A stretch of DNA of 64,000 bases from Paramecium tetraurelia (GCA_000165425.1 CT867996.1:124001-188000); one strand, 5' to 3'; positions 28,101 to 42,020 are shown, counted from the first letter of the stretch. Made by a program: numbers and translations. Notes: generated by a model from the letters alone, not told the origin.

Positions 28101-29821
28101 TAATTAATTAAATCTAGTAAATGCTATGAGGGTTCCCCTCTTTTAATAATATTAAAATAAAATGGTATTAGATTTTTAAATTTTTTATGATCTTTTCTAT
28201 CGCTTAACCAGTCATTAATAATTTATTTAGAAATTTCAGGATTTTCTTAGATCAGGGTTAAATTAAATTCATTAAGTTTGATCTATAAACTTTGGGGATA
28301 TTTTTCAATTAGATTAATTTAAGAGATCCATTTTGAAATTGACAATGGATTATTTTAGGAATTCTCATTCATATATCTTAGCATAAATTTTAAATGCAAA
28401 AGGTTTTCCTGCAAAATATTATCACCCTACAGATTGATCTTCTTAAATAATTCATTTTTAATTTCGAATAGGTCGACTTTATGCTAGAAAATCAAGTTTA
28501 ATTCCAAAATCATTTATTCTGTATAAGCAGTTGTAGAAACAAATAAGAAAAACAAAATTTCTTGATTTTTACTACCATATAATTATTCCAACTGATAGAA
28601 CTTTAACTAACCAATGTCATTCCAAATTTGAGATAAGTATTAATGATTATTCAATTGTGTTTGTATACTTTCAAATTTATATTATTAATATTACACTTAC
28701 TTAAACTGTTACTTATATTTAGAATAATTCTCATTAAAGTTGTCATCCTTAAAATTAGAAAAAAAAACAATTTTATGAATCAAATATTTAAAGATAAAAT
28801 CTTTTTATTCCTTTGCTAAACTTTCCAATCCTCTCTCCATACATTTCCTTTTATTAGCTGCTTTCTTTAACTTATACTCATACATATCGTTTAAAAATTT
28901 CTACAATTCAAATTTCTCTGAATGTTTTATCCAAAAGTAAATCACTAATTTGAAATATAAAATATCAACTAAATTACTAAAATTTTCAGTCATATTAAAA
29001 AATCTAATGATCTTAGTTTTATCTTGATTATTATATTCAATATTTGGATAATTTTTAATGTATTCTAATAGTTTTTGGTGATAATCGTCTATTTCAATTG
29101 ATAGAAGATCAAATAAATCCAAATTTTATGTATTTTAACTTAAAATTTGGTCCAGTTCTTCCTTCATCTTATCTTTTTATTGTATCAATTAAAGGTTTTT
29201 AATTACTTGTTGATATGCATCGTTATCTTTTTCCTTAAAATTATCAACATAAAGTTCAAATTCGTATAGTTATAATTCTAAGCATGACCCAACAAATTAA
29301 TGAATTTCATCATTCAAATAAAAAATTTTAAGTAAAAGTTCCAAACTCTTCATATAAGAATATCGGATTGTACTTTTCTATTACTCAATTAAATCAAAAA
29401 TCAGTCCAACATTCTGTCCTAACTTCTCAAGTGTTTTTTTATGATCTTTAATTGTTACTGGTATCTAATTTTTTTAGCAAAATTCGGGGTTTGTGATTCT
29501 TTAAATAATTAAATCAAATTATTATTCTTTTAACGCTTCGTTATATATCTATACTAAGTCTTCTTCAGGTTATTCATGATTGTGATTTGGAGTTGATATA
29601 ATGTTAAAATATGTCAAATTTAAGAAAGATCTTCCTTAGAATTTTTAATGTAAATCATTTACATATTATACTCTTCTATCTTCATCAAATTTTTCAAGTA
29701 GCTCTTTCAACTCTTTTTCAATCTACTCATCATTATCAAATACATTATTCTCTATGTCTTAGATTATTTCATTAAGAGAGTTTTGAATAAATTCAATAGA
29801 ATTTTCACCATCTTAATCCAT
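22122..29821 (-). CDS. Very large inducible GTPase (VLIG/GVIN1/URGCP-like) with C-terminal von Willebrand A domain, about 2500 aa
   Basis: ISILGPQSSGKSTLLNKMFGCHFLTSVGRCTKG..LLDSEGL..FDKRLALF..SDIIIFNVKG (VLIG G domain); CPMCNRKC..H.H.C..GH cluster; vWA IILDNSTSM..T.FGPAL..LFYTDG; the introns I located lie near the 3' end; TGA at 22122-22124. Confidence 0.9.
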
Positions 29822-30609
29822 TAATTAATTAATAGAAAATGAAATTTTATTATTAATTATATTATAAACGATGCACAAACTTAGTTTATTGAATAAATAA
29901 AAATAAATCCTATCTTTTATAATTATTAAATAATATTTTATTAAATTTAGTTATTGTAATGATGCAATACATATGCATTCTTGAAATGGTTTGATTTAAT
30001 GCAATCTTTCTATTATAAATCTATCTCTCTTTAACTAAAAAATGAGTCATATTTTTGACTCTCTTGTAAGCTCAAGATGTGTTTACAGGATTTGAGTTTG
30101 AGTTTGATTGTCATCTCATTTAATTGAAATTGATTTTTGTTCTATATTATTAGTGTGATTAATTTCAATACTTTTAACATGGCCAGAATTACAAAAATGA
30201 ACTTTTTGAATTCTGCTAGGCCATTGATTAGGTTAAGTTTAATTTACTTAGATTTTCCTCCTTAATATATTATTTCATTTTTGTGAATTCCCTTAGATAG
30301 AAAAATCAATTCTAGAATAAATTTATTTGATATCAAAGTTTCTTTAAATCTTCATTTGATCTAAGATATTTTAAACAGTAGGGATTGTAATTTTTCTGTA
30401 TTAATTATTCTATAAGAATTAAATCGATAAGATTAAGTCAGCATTCCATTTATAGTGTATTAATTCTTAATTAATGAAGGCTAATTTATTATTTAATGTC
30501 AATTTTCATCTCTACTTTGAGAATTTGTTAAGTTTAGTCTTATGGAAGACTCTTTATTAGTTAAATTATCTTATCAAATTTAAGAATTGATTATTATTAT
30601 ATTATTAAT

Positions 30610-33538
30610 ATGAAATTACTGTAAGAAGCTTATTTGAGTTTAGAGACACATAAATAGAGGGGGTTTTAGAAAATCTTATTGGCTCAGTAGGTAAATGATG
30701 AGTTGGCTATAAATATAGGGCAACTCTAAGGACTGGGACTGCCTGATATTTGCATAATTTGTAAAAGGCAACCATTAGGGATGTTTAAATCAGGGTTTGA
30801 TTAGTGGTCAAGTTTCCATTGCGTATTAGGGATTTGCCCAACATCTTAAGCAGAGGTTTCGGCTTATATACAATCTTTAATAATGAATTAAGAAAAGGAC
30901 ACTTTTTCCAAAATTTTTGGAAGTGATGTCATAATATTTAAAGTATTTTAATTTGTAATGATTTTTAGATTACTTATATTACATATGATATATTTTCAAA
31001 GATCCTCTTGGTATGCCAATTCGAATAGCCAAGCGAAGGTCTATCGTAATTTAAAAATTATGGAATTCAATAAAATAAATAATGCATTCAATTAACTAAA
31101 AGTCATTGGGAAGGAGCTCACATAAGTGGAATTTTAAGGGTATTGGATGCCAATTTCAAAATGCCTAGCATTGGTAGATTCTATAATTAGACTAGTATAA
31201 ATAATCCAAAAACATTATAAAATCTGATTGCAAAATTGCTTTAAAAGATGTCAGGTCTAGATACCTAATTTTAGGAGCTAAATAAAATAAAATCTAAATC
31301 TGAGTTTTCCTCCTCTAAATGATATAATTTTCTATCTTAATTGGCCATTGAGTATCGTCTTCCATTATTTGCATAACACATGTCAATTGGATCTGTTGTT
31401 AGAACAATTCAATAACTTAGATGATAACATTATCTTCAGATTGATCAAATCCTTAATACATTACAAAATGAAGTAATAAAATATTTTATACAATAGAAAT
31501 TATAATAAGAGTTTGTTAGAATTGATAAAATTGTAGGAATCCAATAATTGGTTCAACCTTCCAAAATACATAATGGCAAATGTTTTTATAAAATAAACTA
31601 ATTACGAGAAGGCTTTCATTTTATTAAAGGATCTAATAGTCGAATGTTATGAGAATTAAACAATTTGGATAACTTTGGTATGTAAAAAATATGATAATAT
31701 TTTAGTCTAAAATATTTCGAAAACAGAAGTTATTTCAAATTAGTCTGTTATTCATAAACAAAGCTATTGCCTTGCCATTAAAATAGACAGCAAAATAAAT
31801 ATGGAATGAAATGAGTATTGTCAATTATAGATTATTGACTCAAAATAAAAATTTACAACAGCCTTAATAGATGGATTAGATTTTTAAAATTGTGCATCCT
31901 TTGGCAGCAGATAAAATTGAAAGCTACGTACAACTATGTGGATATCCAAGCATAGAAAATTTGCTAGTTAGACCAAGATTGAGCAATAAGCGAGATTAGA
32001 AAGTATTGTCTTATTCAATCGTCCTTAGCATACAATAGAAATGATGTCGAAGCATATCTCAAGACCAGAGTTCAAAGTTAATTAACAAACATATGATACT
32101 TTAATGCATAATGACTTCTTAGATATCGAAAGTGAGTTATCCTACATTCTCAACGAAGTTATTAAGATTTAACATGTTGTGGGATATTAAAAATTAAAGT
32201 CTTATATCAATTAGTATTTTTACACTACAGCAAAGGTAGTCTAAAAATAAATTGATTAAATCTATGATCCAAGTGAATTCTAAATTGCCTTTAAAAATCA
32301 AAGAAATTTGAATTTAAATGTTAGTTAGATTAGCAATACAAATGTATGAGTTTTATTCTAATAAACCAAGAAAAGTATGTGCAATCCAAGATTACAAGAT
32401 GACATAGAGGACTGTGATTCTGATGAAGAGTAACCTGAGTTTTTGAAAAAACAAAAAGTCAATAAGTCTTTCGATTTTACAAACATAGGTCCTCGAATGT
32501 ATTAAACTCCTTAACATAATAATAAGGCTGCAAAATCGCCATTAAAATTTACAAGCATGAAAAAGAAATAATAACAAATTAAGAAAGCAAACACAATAAT
32601 AATAGAAAATGCTTTTGAAAGTGTTGAATCAGAAAGGTAAAACAAATAATTCATAACCATTGTAAACAGAGTTAATATCTAACAGAATGAAATGATCTCT
32701 TAGGCACCTAAATCAGGATAAGATGTCCAACCATAGAAATCTTTTATATATGGTTTGGTCTCTTACTTGAATTATAATTTAAATCAATAGGAATAAGTGT
32801 TGATGAATGAATAATTGAAAAGGAGGAAGGAACAAGTGAATAGTTCACTATAAGGAATGGTGGAAACCATTAACCGAATATAAACTGAATTAGATTAATT
32901 GTTTTACCTCTCTCAAGATTCAAATAAATAATAGAATAATTTATAAAACTTACAATTAAATTCGACAAATAACTAATAGCCAGTAAACACATCGTCTCAG
33001 TTGTTCAAGTCAAATTTAAAGAAGGCTTTGCAAACTAAACAACATTTGGGTGGATAAATAGAATTAAAGGACTTTTACATAGTACAACCTTTAAACGAAG
33101 AAGAACAAGACAAAGAGAAAACCTATATCGCTTTTATTAAGGCTGAATCAATGTTTTTGTATAAATGTGCTCGTCTGGCATAGAGGTTGAAGAGGAACGA
33201 TTTATGCTTCTCTATCCTATAGCGACTGAATAGCAGAATTATATCTGTGTAAATTACTGCACTGTTCTTTAATATAGTAAAAGACAATAACAAATTATTG
33301 ATTAGACAGTAATTATTTGTATAAATTTATTTTTAGAATCTAAAAGATGTTGGCTGACTTTTAGGATTGTGGAATCAGCCAGGTTGGATTTGTGCCATTA
33401 TGGTTAGAAATGAGAATAGTAAAGATGACAAAGTAATATGGTGCTAATCAAATACTTGCTTTATTATCTTCATCAGAGAGTGACTTCACTTTTTATTTAA
33501 TTAAAAAGATCATTCTAACAACTGACAATTTAATTTGA
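30610..33538 (+). CDS. ChAPs-family (Bch1/Bud7/Chs6) exomer cargo-adaptor-like TPR protein
   Basis: LQGLGLPDICIICK..SSFHCVLG..AEVSAYIQSL..YITYDIFSK matches the ChAPs N-terminal pattern LGPPDL..FHY..G....AY..YN.FS. TPR-like NYEKAFILLKDLI..IWITL follows. The start codon is uncertain; TGA at 33536-33538. Confidence 0.7.
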
Positions 33539-34037
33539 TTATTTAAAACTTAATTATGAAATTAATGATGTATTCAAATCATTTGTCACCCAATATTTTA
33601 ACTAAAAATTAATAAAATAATACTATGACTATCATGGTAATATTTAGATTCAAAAGAGAAGTGCATATGTCTATTCAAGATTTTTTGAGCATTCATATTG
33701 AATTTACTATTAACATACTTTAAACTCCAGTTTATAGAGAGTGTTTTTATGTCTTCTTTAATTTTTCTATTATTTTTTATTAATTTATAGTTTATGAAAA
33801 CAAAAAAATTCTGAAAGAACATATCCAAGAGTCCTTGAAATCAAAATACAATTTTTTGGGCTTTTCATTATGGATTACATTTACTTTTAAAATAAGTTAA
33901 TACAACGTTAATATATTTTTGATCGGGCTCACCTCTTAAAATTTTTAAATTCTTTACTCCAATCTCTTTTAAATATAAACTTGTAATTTTATTTCATCAA
34001 AAGTAATTGAAAACTCTACTCACATTATTAATTATAA

Positions 34038-34765
34038 ATGAATTCCTTATTAGAGTAACCATTTCAATATCGATAACTCAGATCTTAATCACTCAGTCCT
34101 TACAACGACTGCAATCTCATTAAACAACTCAAGAGGTAACTCCATTACCCACCTTAAAAAATGATGTAATTGGCATCCTATGAGTATATGCAGAATCCAG
34201 AATAGGATGAAACAAATGTGATCAGCTCAGGTAAACTTGGTTTTCAATAGAATATAGACTCCATATAACATTATCAGAGGATGATTAAGGAAAGAAAAAA
34301 CTCATTGATTGTTGACTCAGACCTAAATACATTAAAGCAAGAAGCCGCATAAAGTGCAGATATAAATTAACTTAAATAAATTGTACCCAAACTTGTAGTA
34401 GTTAAAAAATTGAATTAGAAGTTATATAGAAAAAAGAAGAAAAAGATAAATCCAGTCAACCCCCAGGATTGTAACGATGACGACATTCTCCACCAAACCA
34501 TTGTTGTACAACCAAATAATTCGATCACATAAGCGTAGCAAAAGAAGGAGGATATGTCCATTTTACCATAAATAAAGAAATAAAAATTGCAAATTGAAGA
34601 ATAGCCAATCAAGAGATCAGCAAGATATGAACAATTAATGGTATTAAAATAGTAATTTAGAAAAAATCTATCGATGATTAATTTGTAGAACTATAATCAT
34701 TAATCAAGAAGATGTAGAAGTCACCAATCAACAGGAAAGATAAAAAAGTTACTTTTCTTCTCTGA
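34038..34765 (+). CDS. Hypothetical protein ending in an RVxF-like motif (KKVTF)
   Basis: Ciliate-code frame MNSLLEQPF..KKVTFLL* with short introns. Confidence 0.65.
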
Positions 34766-35015
34766 AATTCATTGATTTCCAATTGAATCATAATATTTTG
34801 TACTTATGTGTTTAGGTTATAGATAATTATTTGTTTATTTAAAACTAGTTGTCATATAAATTCAAGATCTAAAAATATATTTTCATATTTATCAATAGTT
34901 TTATATCTTTGCATAAATTTATTTAAGATCTGTATAATTGGAGAGCCAATGTTACAATCAAAAATAATCAATTTCAATTAAATGTAATTAACATTAATAT
35001 ATTTTATTCACTTTT

Positions 35016-36935
35016 ATGAAATTAAACACAAGCACATCGAGTGCTCCATTCATACCCCAAAGACCAGTTAGTTAGAATTCCTCATTCGTTTAAGGTAGAA
35101 TGTAAACACCTCCAAGAGTAGCAAGGTTTGCGGATACATCACCGCATGCGTCTTTCGAATTCGAAGATTTGAATTCACTATCACTTGAGGAAATTAATAG
35201 AGAATTAGATTAGAATAGTATGTTTATTTTTAAGTAGTTAATGAGGTGATCATGTTGCTTAATAGGAGAAAAAGTTTAATTTTAAATAAGAAGAGAAGAC
35301 TCAAGGAGGAATTTTCAAACAAAATTGCAGAACTAAAACGTTATCAATAAGAGGATTACATTCAGGATTTACAAAGAATAGAAGATCCATTGATATAATC
35401 ACTCATGCAATAGAAAAGCTTACCTAAAATGCAAAAGTTGTTAGGGAGTGTAATGAGAGATCAACAAGATCGTAAAGTTATGGAATTGAGTAAATCATAG
35501 GAATTTTGGTAACACAATAAGAATGTTGAAACAGAAATTGACAATCTACTCAAAAAGTTGAAGTATTTTGATAATGAACTCGAAAAGGACAATAATGAAA
35601 TCTATGAAATTTGTAGATAATTAGATACAATTGATGATAGCATTAGAGACTTACTTATTACTAAGGTTGATGACAATGTCTAGAGGGCAGAGCCTTTATT
35701 TGCAAATAAATAGCGGTAGTAATCAATCCTCAATGGGAAATTGAATCAAAGATTAAAATTGAAGGATGAAAAAATGAATTTAATATATAAAATTATAGAA
35801 GAATTGCAAAGATTGAGAGGATTAAGGTAAGAGAGGATCAATAAACTAAATGTTGTATTTGGAGATGAAGAAAATATATAAAATTAGAATTACTAAGGAT
35901 TGCAAAATGTTTAAGGTTCATAATAGAATTTAGACTAACCTCAGCCATCAAAATTATAGGCTTATATGGACTTTATGGAATAATTTGATAATATTGCATT
36001 GATGAGGGAGCAAATATCTAAGTTAGAGTAAGCTGAACAGGGGTTATTAAATGATTTGGATAAATTGTATAGAGAGAGTGACCAAGTTTTCAGTGAATTA
36101 ATTAGGAGAATCTCAGAGGAAGCCAAAACATTTAACGAATGGACTGAAAATCTGAAAAGAAGAATTAGATATATAAAAGCAAATGAATATTTCTTCTCAC
36201 AAACCAATTTGCCTGAACAGTCAAATGGATTAGGCAATTCTTTGCAATTGGATTTGAAAGAAGTAAGCAGAAAATTTAAAGAAAATATGAACTATCTGAA
36301 ACCATTAATTGAAGAAGATGCCACAATCAGAGCAGGCTTAGAAAAAACAGGAAGTACTATTTAATAATTTAAGAATATGATTTTGTATCTATTTATTTGT
36401 TATATTATTTATTAGGGCTATTTAAAATGAGAAGGAGAGAAGAAGAGAGTTGCTTTAAATTTTAGAGAATTGTGCTAGATTAAGATAAGAGGAAGATATG
36501 TACTTTAACAGACGTTATTAATAGGAAAACTGAATAATTGAGGAATATAGAATTGGAAATAAATAAGAAATTACAGTAGAAACGCAACTTAGAGGAAGAT
36601 TTAGATGGTGTTCTAGGAGATGCTGATTTGAATACTTTCAAAAAGATCGGTATTAAAATATTAAACGTAAATTAGAATCTTTATTACATGATTTCGATTA
36701 AGAGTTGGTTCATTTGAATAATTAAAAAAGAAAAATAATAAAAGAAATTGAAGAAATTAATTAATCTGTTATCAATCTATTAGCAAGAATAAAAAGTGAT
36801 TATGATGATATACTAAGAGAAATACTGCCAAAAGATTGGACTAATACCTATGATTTGAAGAAAATCACTGATTTAAAAAGAATGAAGAATTACTTAAAAA
36901 AAACTTTCAAACGCTTTGGTATAATGTCAGATTGA
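35016..36935 (+). CDS. Coiled-coil hypothetical protein
   Basis: MKLNTSTSSAP start, long E/K/Q/L heptad-rich exons (includes ORF 36056-36364), short introns, TGA at 36933-36935. Confidence 0.7.
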
Positions 36936-36964
36936 ATACATTATTATTATTATTATTATAGTAA

Positions 36965-38340
36965 TCATTTATTCATACCCAATTATGATTGGGTTCTCCT
37001 TAGCTTTTACACAACATCTTGATATTCAGATTATTAATTGATAAACTTATTTAGTAATTCATTCCTTAATAATCTTCCTTTGATGTTTCCTTAAAACAGT
37101 TCCTATTTCGTAGAAAATGATACTATTGATATTTTATTATGACTATTTGTTGTGAGTAATTATTATTAAGATCTATTAATGCTTAGACTGTTTTATTATT
37201 GAGTCATTTATTTTTCTGGAGTCTGTCTCAACTTAAAAAATCTAGGATTTGCCAACTTAGCAAATCGAAAGTGCTTGGTACTTGTTTAATTGAGCTAGTA
37301 TTATGATTACAGTGATTATTCAACTGGTTGTTCTGGAAATATTCTCTACAATGTCTTTTTCATCTATATACTTTTTTGTGTCTATTTAACATCGTTTATT
37401 CTCTTCGCCACAAACTTCTTATTAATTTACGGTACAATCTAATTCAAAAAATAAACTCCTTCAAATACTAAGACTGATCCTTCATCGCTGATACACAGAG
37501 CCTGGGACTTTCTAGTTTAGTAGAAATTAACACATTCAAAATCCCCTAACAATTGTCCAGGTGTATAAATGTTGAGAGATTTTGTATTGGTTTCCGTTGT
37601 TTCTCGCAACTCAAAGATCCCACTCATGACTAAAAACACTTGTGATGCCTTTTAATTTTAGCTATACAATATATCTTAGCAACAAAGGTGTTAGATAAAG
37701 CTGTTGAGGTAGAATTACCGAACTGTGGTAAATGGCAAAGTCTTAAACAAGTGGAATGCATATATCTGTTAGAGTAAACCATTTATTTTGGAAATCTCAC
37801 ATGTTAACATATTGATTTTAAAGTCCAACTTGGAAATGACGGCTGCTTTACATACTGATTTGGTCTTAACCATCAGGTTTGGGCTTGCTTCCTAAATATG
37901 GAATACATATCTGCATAACAATCATTCCCAAATACTATCAAATTCGACCCAAAATGTTTTGTACACAGCAATTCCTATTCATTAGACTAGACACTGATTT
38001 CACCAGTTAATAATATTATTAATTATTCTTGATTCTCTCTTCCTCTCAAGTAGAGAATTTGATTTTTTTTTAATTATTCGAATTTCATGAGCTAACATAC
38101 AAAACCAATTCATACTTAGCAACATTCCCATAAATAATCTAAGGATGAGTTTCCTTTAAAATATAAATGTGATCGCATGAAGCTCATCAAACGTTAATTG
38201 TCTTCATTTGTTCTTCTTAGTTCCTCCATCTTTAGAACCCTTATACAAGCCATTATGATATTTTGATTTCTAGTAATGTGCTAATCCAGCCTTCTGATGT
38301 CTTCCTCGTTTATATCTGTCATAGTTGCTTAGTTTTGCAT
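36965..38340 (-). CDS. Tandem cyclic-nucleotide-binding domain protein (no TM segments seen)
   Basis: LIILLTGEISV and ILYSQNQKASQVFLVMSGIFEL..YTPGQLLGDFEC, two CNBD-like beta-roll motifs. Confidence 0.75.
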
Positions 38341-39136
38341 TAAAATTTTCAATATAAAAAACATTATAAAATTAAGCAAATTGTTAGGCAAAATGCTGTT
38401 TGGCTGACCTTCTTGATCTTAATATTTTTACTATTACTAAGTTGAAATTGGATTTTTTATAATATTTTAGATATTTGGGAAATACAGCCTTAAAATTTGT
38501 TATCTTTTGAATATTAATTACTGATGGAATTAAAAACACAATGAATATTTTATAGAAAATGCTGAAATTGAATTAGATTGGTAAAAGCAAGTCAGATTAA
38601 TATAAATCATGCACGATTAATTAATCTAAATTGATAATATTTTCTAGAATTTCAATTAGATAATCGAATAGAATTTGTATTTTCAATTATTTAATACAAC
38701 TTAAAAATAGTTTGCATTATCTGTTAAACTATGAAGATCATCTCAAGATTTTGGTTAATTCTAGTTCTTGCTAATATACATCTAATTAGGTCATTTTTAA
38801 TTGAAATCAATAATTTTATGATATTATCTTTTTTAGCACAAAATTCACTTAAATTAACTAATCATTTACTTAAGAAATGTGAAAACTAAAATTATCAGTT
38901 ATGATAATTGTATTATTAATATGAACTAAAATTCAGATTAATGCAGGTTGATCAAATAAATTGAGAACCTCTCTCTGATGCGTTAACCTCATTTTATTTT
39001 TACCAAAAAAGAGAACAAAATTTCAATAAATAAAATTGACTTAAACAAACTTTTACTAGAACTCTTTCAAGATGATTGAATTACTTGAAAAATATGTATT
39101 TATAATTTGATTGTAAAACAAATAAATTGATATTAT

Positions 39137-39848
39137 TCAACAACACCCTCCCAACCATTTCCTATTACCCCCTTAATTTAGTAATGTAATTTAGTTTTAA
39201 ACATTATTACCCTTCCAAATTCCACAATTCTAGATGTCTAATATATTATTAAACCTTGTTGAGCAAATCGATTTAGTTGCTTTTTAATTTTTGGATTATC
39301 TCTTTAGTAATAATAAAAAAAGTATCATCAACATGGTATCCTGTTTTTGCACTTGTCTCAATAAACAAAATATTTTATTCCATAGCCAATTACTATCCTT
39401 CCTCTGTTGTCACTTATCTCATAGACTCTAAATCTGTTTTATTGCCAACCAAAATAATAATCGCCGTCTAACTTCCTTGATCCTTAACTTCTTGAATCCA
39501 TAGTTAAGCATTGTTAAAGGACTCTCTCCTAAGAAATTGTAATAAGTCATTTACTTTATTACATCATAAACAACTAAAACTCCAGCAGCTGGTCGATAAA
39601 ATGATATTGGAATACTTTTATATCGTAATGACCACAAATCATCCCAAACTTGTAATTTTATTTAAAGATCATCAACTTTTATAAATTTTGTTCCAAATTC
39701 CTCCCCTAATAAATCTTTTTATTCCTAACCGAATCTTTTCCCTAATAATTAAAGCATAATCGAGGTTTTACCAACCCCTTTTTATATATATAATCCTACC
39801 TGGGTCTCCTACCATGATATATTTAAAAAGATAATCGTAAGTCATCAT
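39137..39848 (-). CDS. Divergent Rab2-like small GTPase with altered switch I and II
   Basis: YDYLFKYIMVGDPGVGKTS, EFGTKFI, KLQVWD, GNKTDL, ETSAKTG, C-terminal GGCC prenylation motif; three short introns. Confidence 0.9.
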
Positions 39849-40633
39849 CAGAATATATTAAATTATTTACTATTAAAAATAATATAATTTAACATATATT
39901 AATCAAATAGAAATAAAATTTTTATATAATTTTTTTTTGATTAATTTATTAATAATTAGAAACCTTTCGCATTTTTGTTATCATTACATGTTAATATTTT
40001 TCTCAAAAATTCTCTATTGAAAGTAAGATTCTGATAAATTAAAGGGTCTTTACAACACCTTAACTCCAAGATATAACATTCTAACCATTGGATTTCTAAA
40101 TTTATGATACTGTTTGTTGTAATCAATTCACAAAATTCAGTAATAATTAGTCAAATCAAATCATGTTTTATGCTCACATCACCAAAATATATATATGCAT
40201 TTTTTTCAATTAAAAATGTGAGAGACATTTCATTATTTAAGGATATTTCTAATTACTTTTAAGGATGATTATTTATAGATAATGAGTAGGAAATTTCTAG
40301 TCTAATATAACTAATTTTTGTGGACTTAATAAATCTTAAATGGATTATGTAAAACATATGGAGATCTCTATAGTTATTGAACTCTTATTATTGAAAATAT
40401 AATAACTATATTTTCATCAACTCAAAAGAGATTAAAAAAATATTTTAATTTAATACACAAATAATCCATAACTAATTAATAAATTAAGTTAGGAAAGATT
40501 TGCTACTTAATTTAAATGAATGCGTTTAGATAAGAACAGTAATTCTGTTGAGAATATTCAATTCAAATAAATTATTTATAGAATCAATGTTGAAAAACTG
40601 AATAAATCGATTTATTGATTAATTAGAAAATTT

Positions 40634-42020
40634 ATGAATAATTTATGTTTCGATGATATTCTTTCTAAGAGGATAAAATTCGGAAAGGTCTAGATTTAAA
40701 CATTTTTAATCATCAGCTTATTAGATATCATTGATGGATCTGAATTCATGTTTTTGCAATTAATGAACGCAATAATTTATAAAGAGTGGTCTCTAAGTTT
40801 AGGATAATTGATAGTTTTAACAACAATTTTTAATTTGGGTTAGTTTATTGGGGCTATGTTTTATGGATAATTTTCTGATTAAACAGGGCGTAAATCAATG
40901 ATAATTTCCTCATGTTTACTTTAAGTATAAAATATTAGTATTATTGTTCATAGCAACGTTCCTTACGGCATTTGTCTAGGACTTACCATAGTTACTAATA
41001 TTACGGTTTCTATTTGGATTTTTATTTGGCATAACATCACCTGTATCCTCAATATTAATGGCAGAAGTAACTCCTCTTCATATTCGAGGATAATTTATTG
41101 TCACTTTATAGATGATGTGTATAGTTGGTAGAATGTGGGTATTGTTATTGGCCATCTTGTTTTTGGATTCCATAGCCTCAGGAAATTGGAGAGCTCTTGC
41201 GATTACAAATAGTGTTCAGTCAATTATTTGTCTGATCGGCAGTATTATATACCTACATGAATCACCCCGATTTCTTATATCTCAAGGGAAAATCAAGGAA
41301 GGAGTAGAAGGAATTAACTTCATGGGTAGGATGAATGATAAAGACTATGTGGATTTGTCAGATGAGGAAGTATAATCCCTTTAATAATGGAGAAAGATTA
41401 TATTTGAATAATAATATGAAAAGAAGAGTTTTAAAGACTTGTTTAATTAAGAGAATTTGCCGATAACTTGGAGGGCATACTCATTAAGTATCATAGCCAT
41501 GTTGATGTAATCTGGACTTTATATCATAATACCGTTTTTATTTGATGAAGAGGAAAAAACATTGTTGGATTTATTCTATACTGTATTAATTGAAATTCCT
41601 GCTGTTTTATTAGTAGTCTGTTTGATAGACAGAATTGGCAGATTGCCAATTATACTTATAGGAACAGTAACATCTGCGATTGCAATTTTTATAATTTGGT
41701 ATTGGAAAGCCCGATTTCTATTGTTAGGTTTAGTAACCTTCAAATTTTTTAATCGAATGATTTTTATCTCATTCACTCCACTTGTTTTAGAGTCGTATTC
41801 AACAGTATATAGATCTTTGGGAACAGGAACAACAATTGCCTTTGGTAGCGCAACAGGGTTCATTTCTCCAGCTATAATACTACATTTATATGAAAAAGAT
41901 AATTATAGTCCTTTTCTAGTTTCATTCTTTATTTTAATTATTATGACAATCATTTTTGCAACGTACCCTAGAGATTTAACAAGAAAACCACTTGATATTA
42001 AATTTGAAAAGGAAGATTGA
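40634..42020 (+). CDS. Major facilitator superfamily transporter (SV2/organic-cation-like)
   Basis: FSDQTGRK and LIDRIGRLP MFS loop motifs, LRFLFG, MAEVTPLHIRG, ESPRFL; about 12 hydrophobic segments. Confidence 0.9.

Noticed and set aside
30090..30110. TTTGAG x3 resembling a telomeric repeat
   Set aside because: Does not match Paramecium TT(T/G)GGG repeats and is too short.
41576..41863. Minus-strand 95-aa ORF
   Set aside because: Antisense to the MFS transporter coding sequence.
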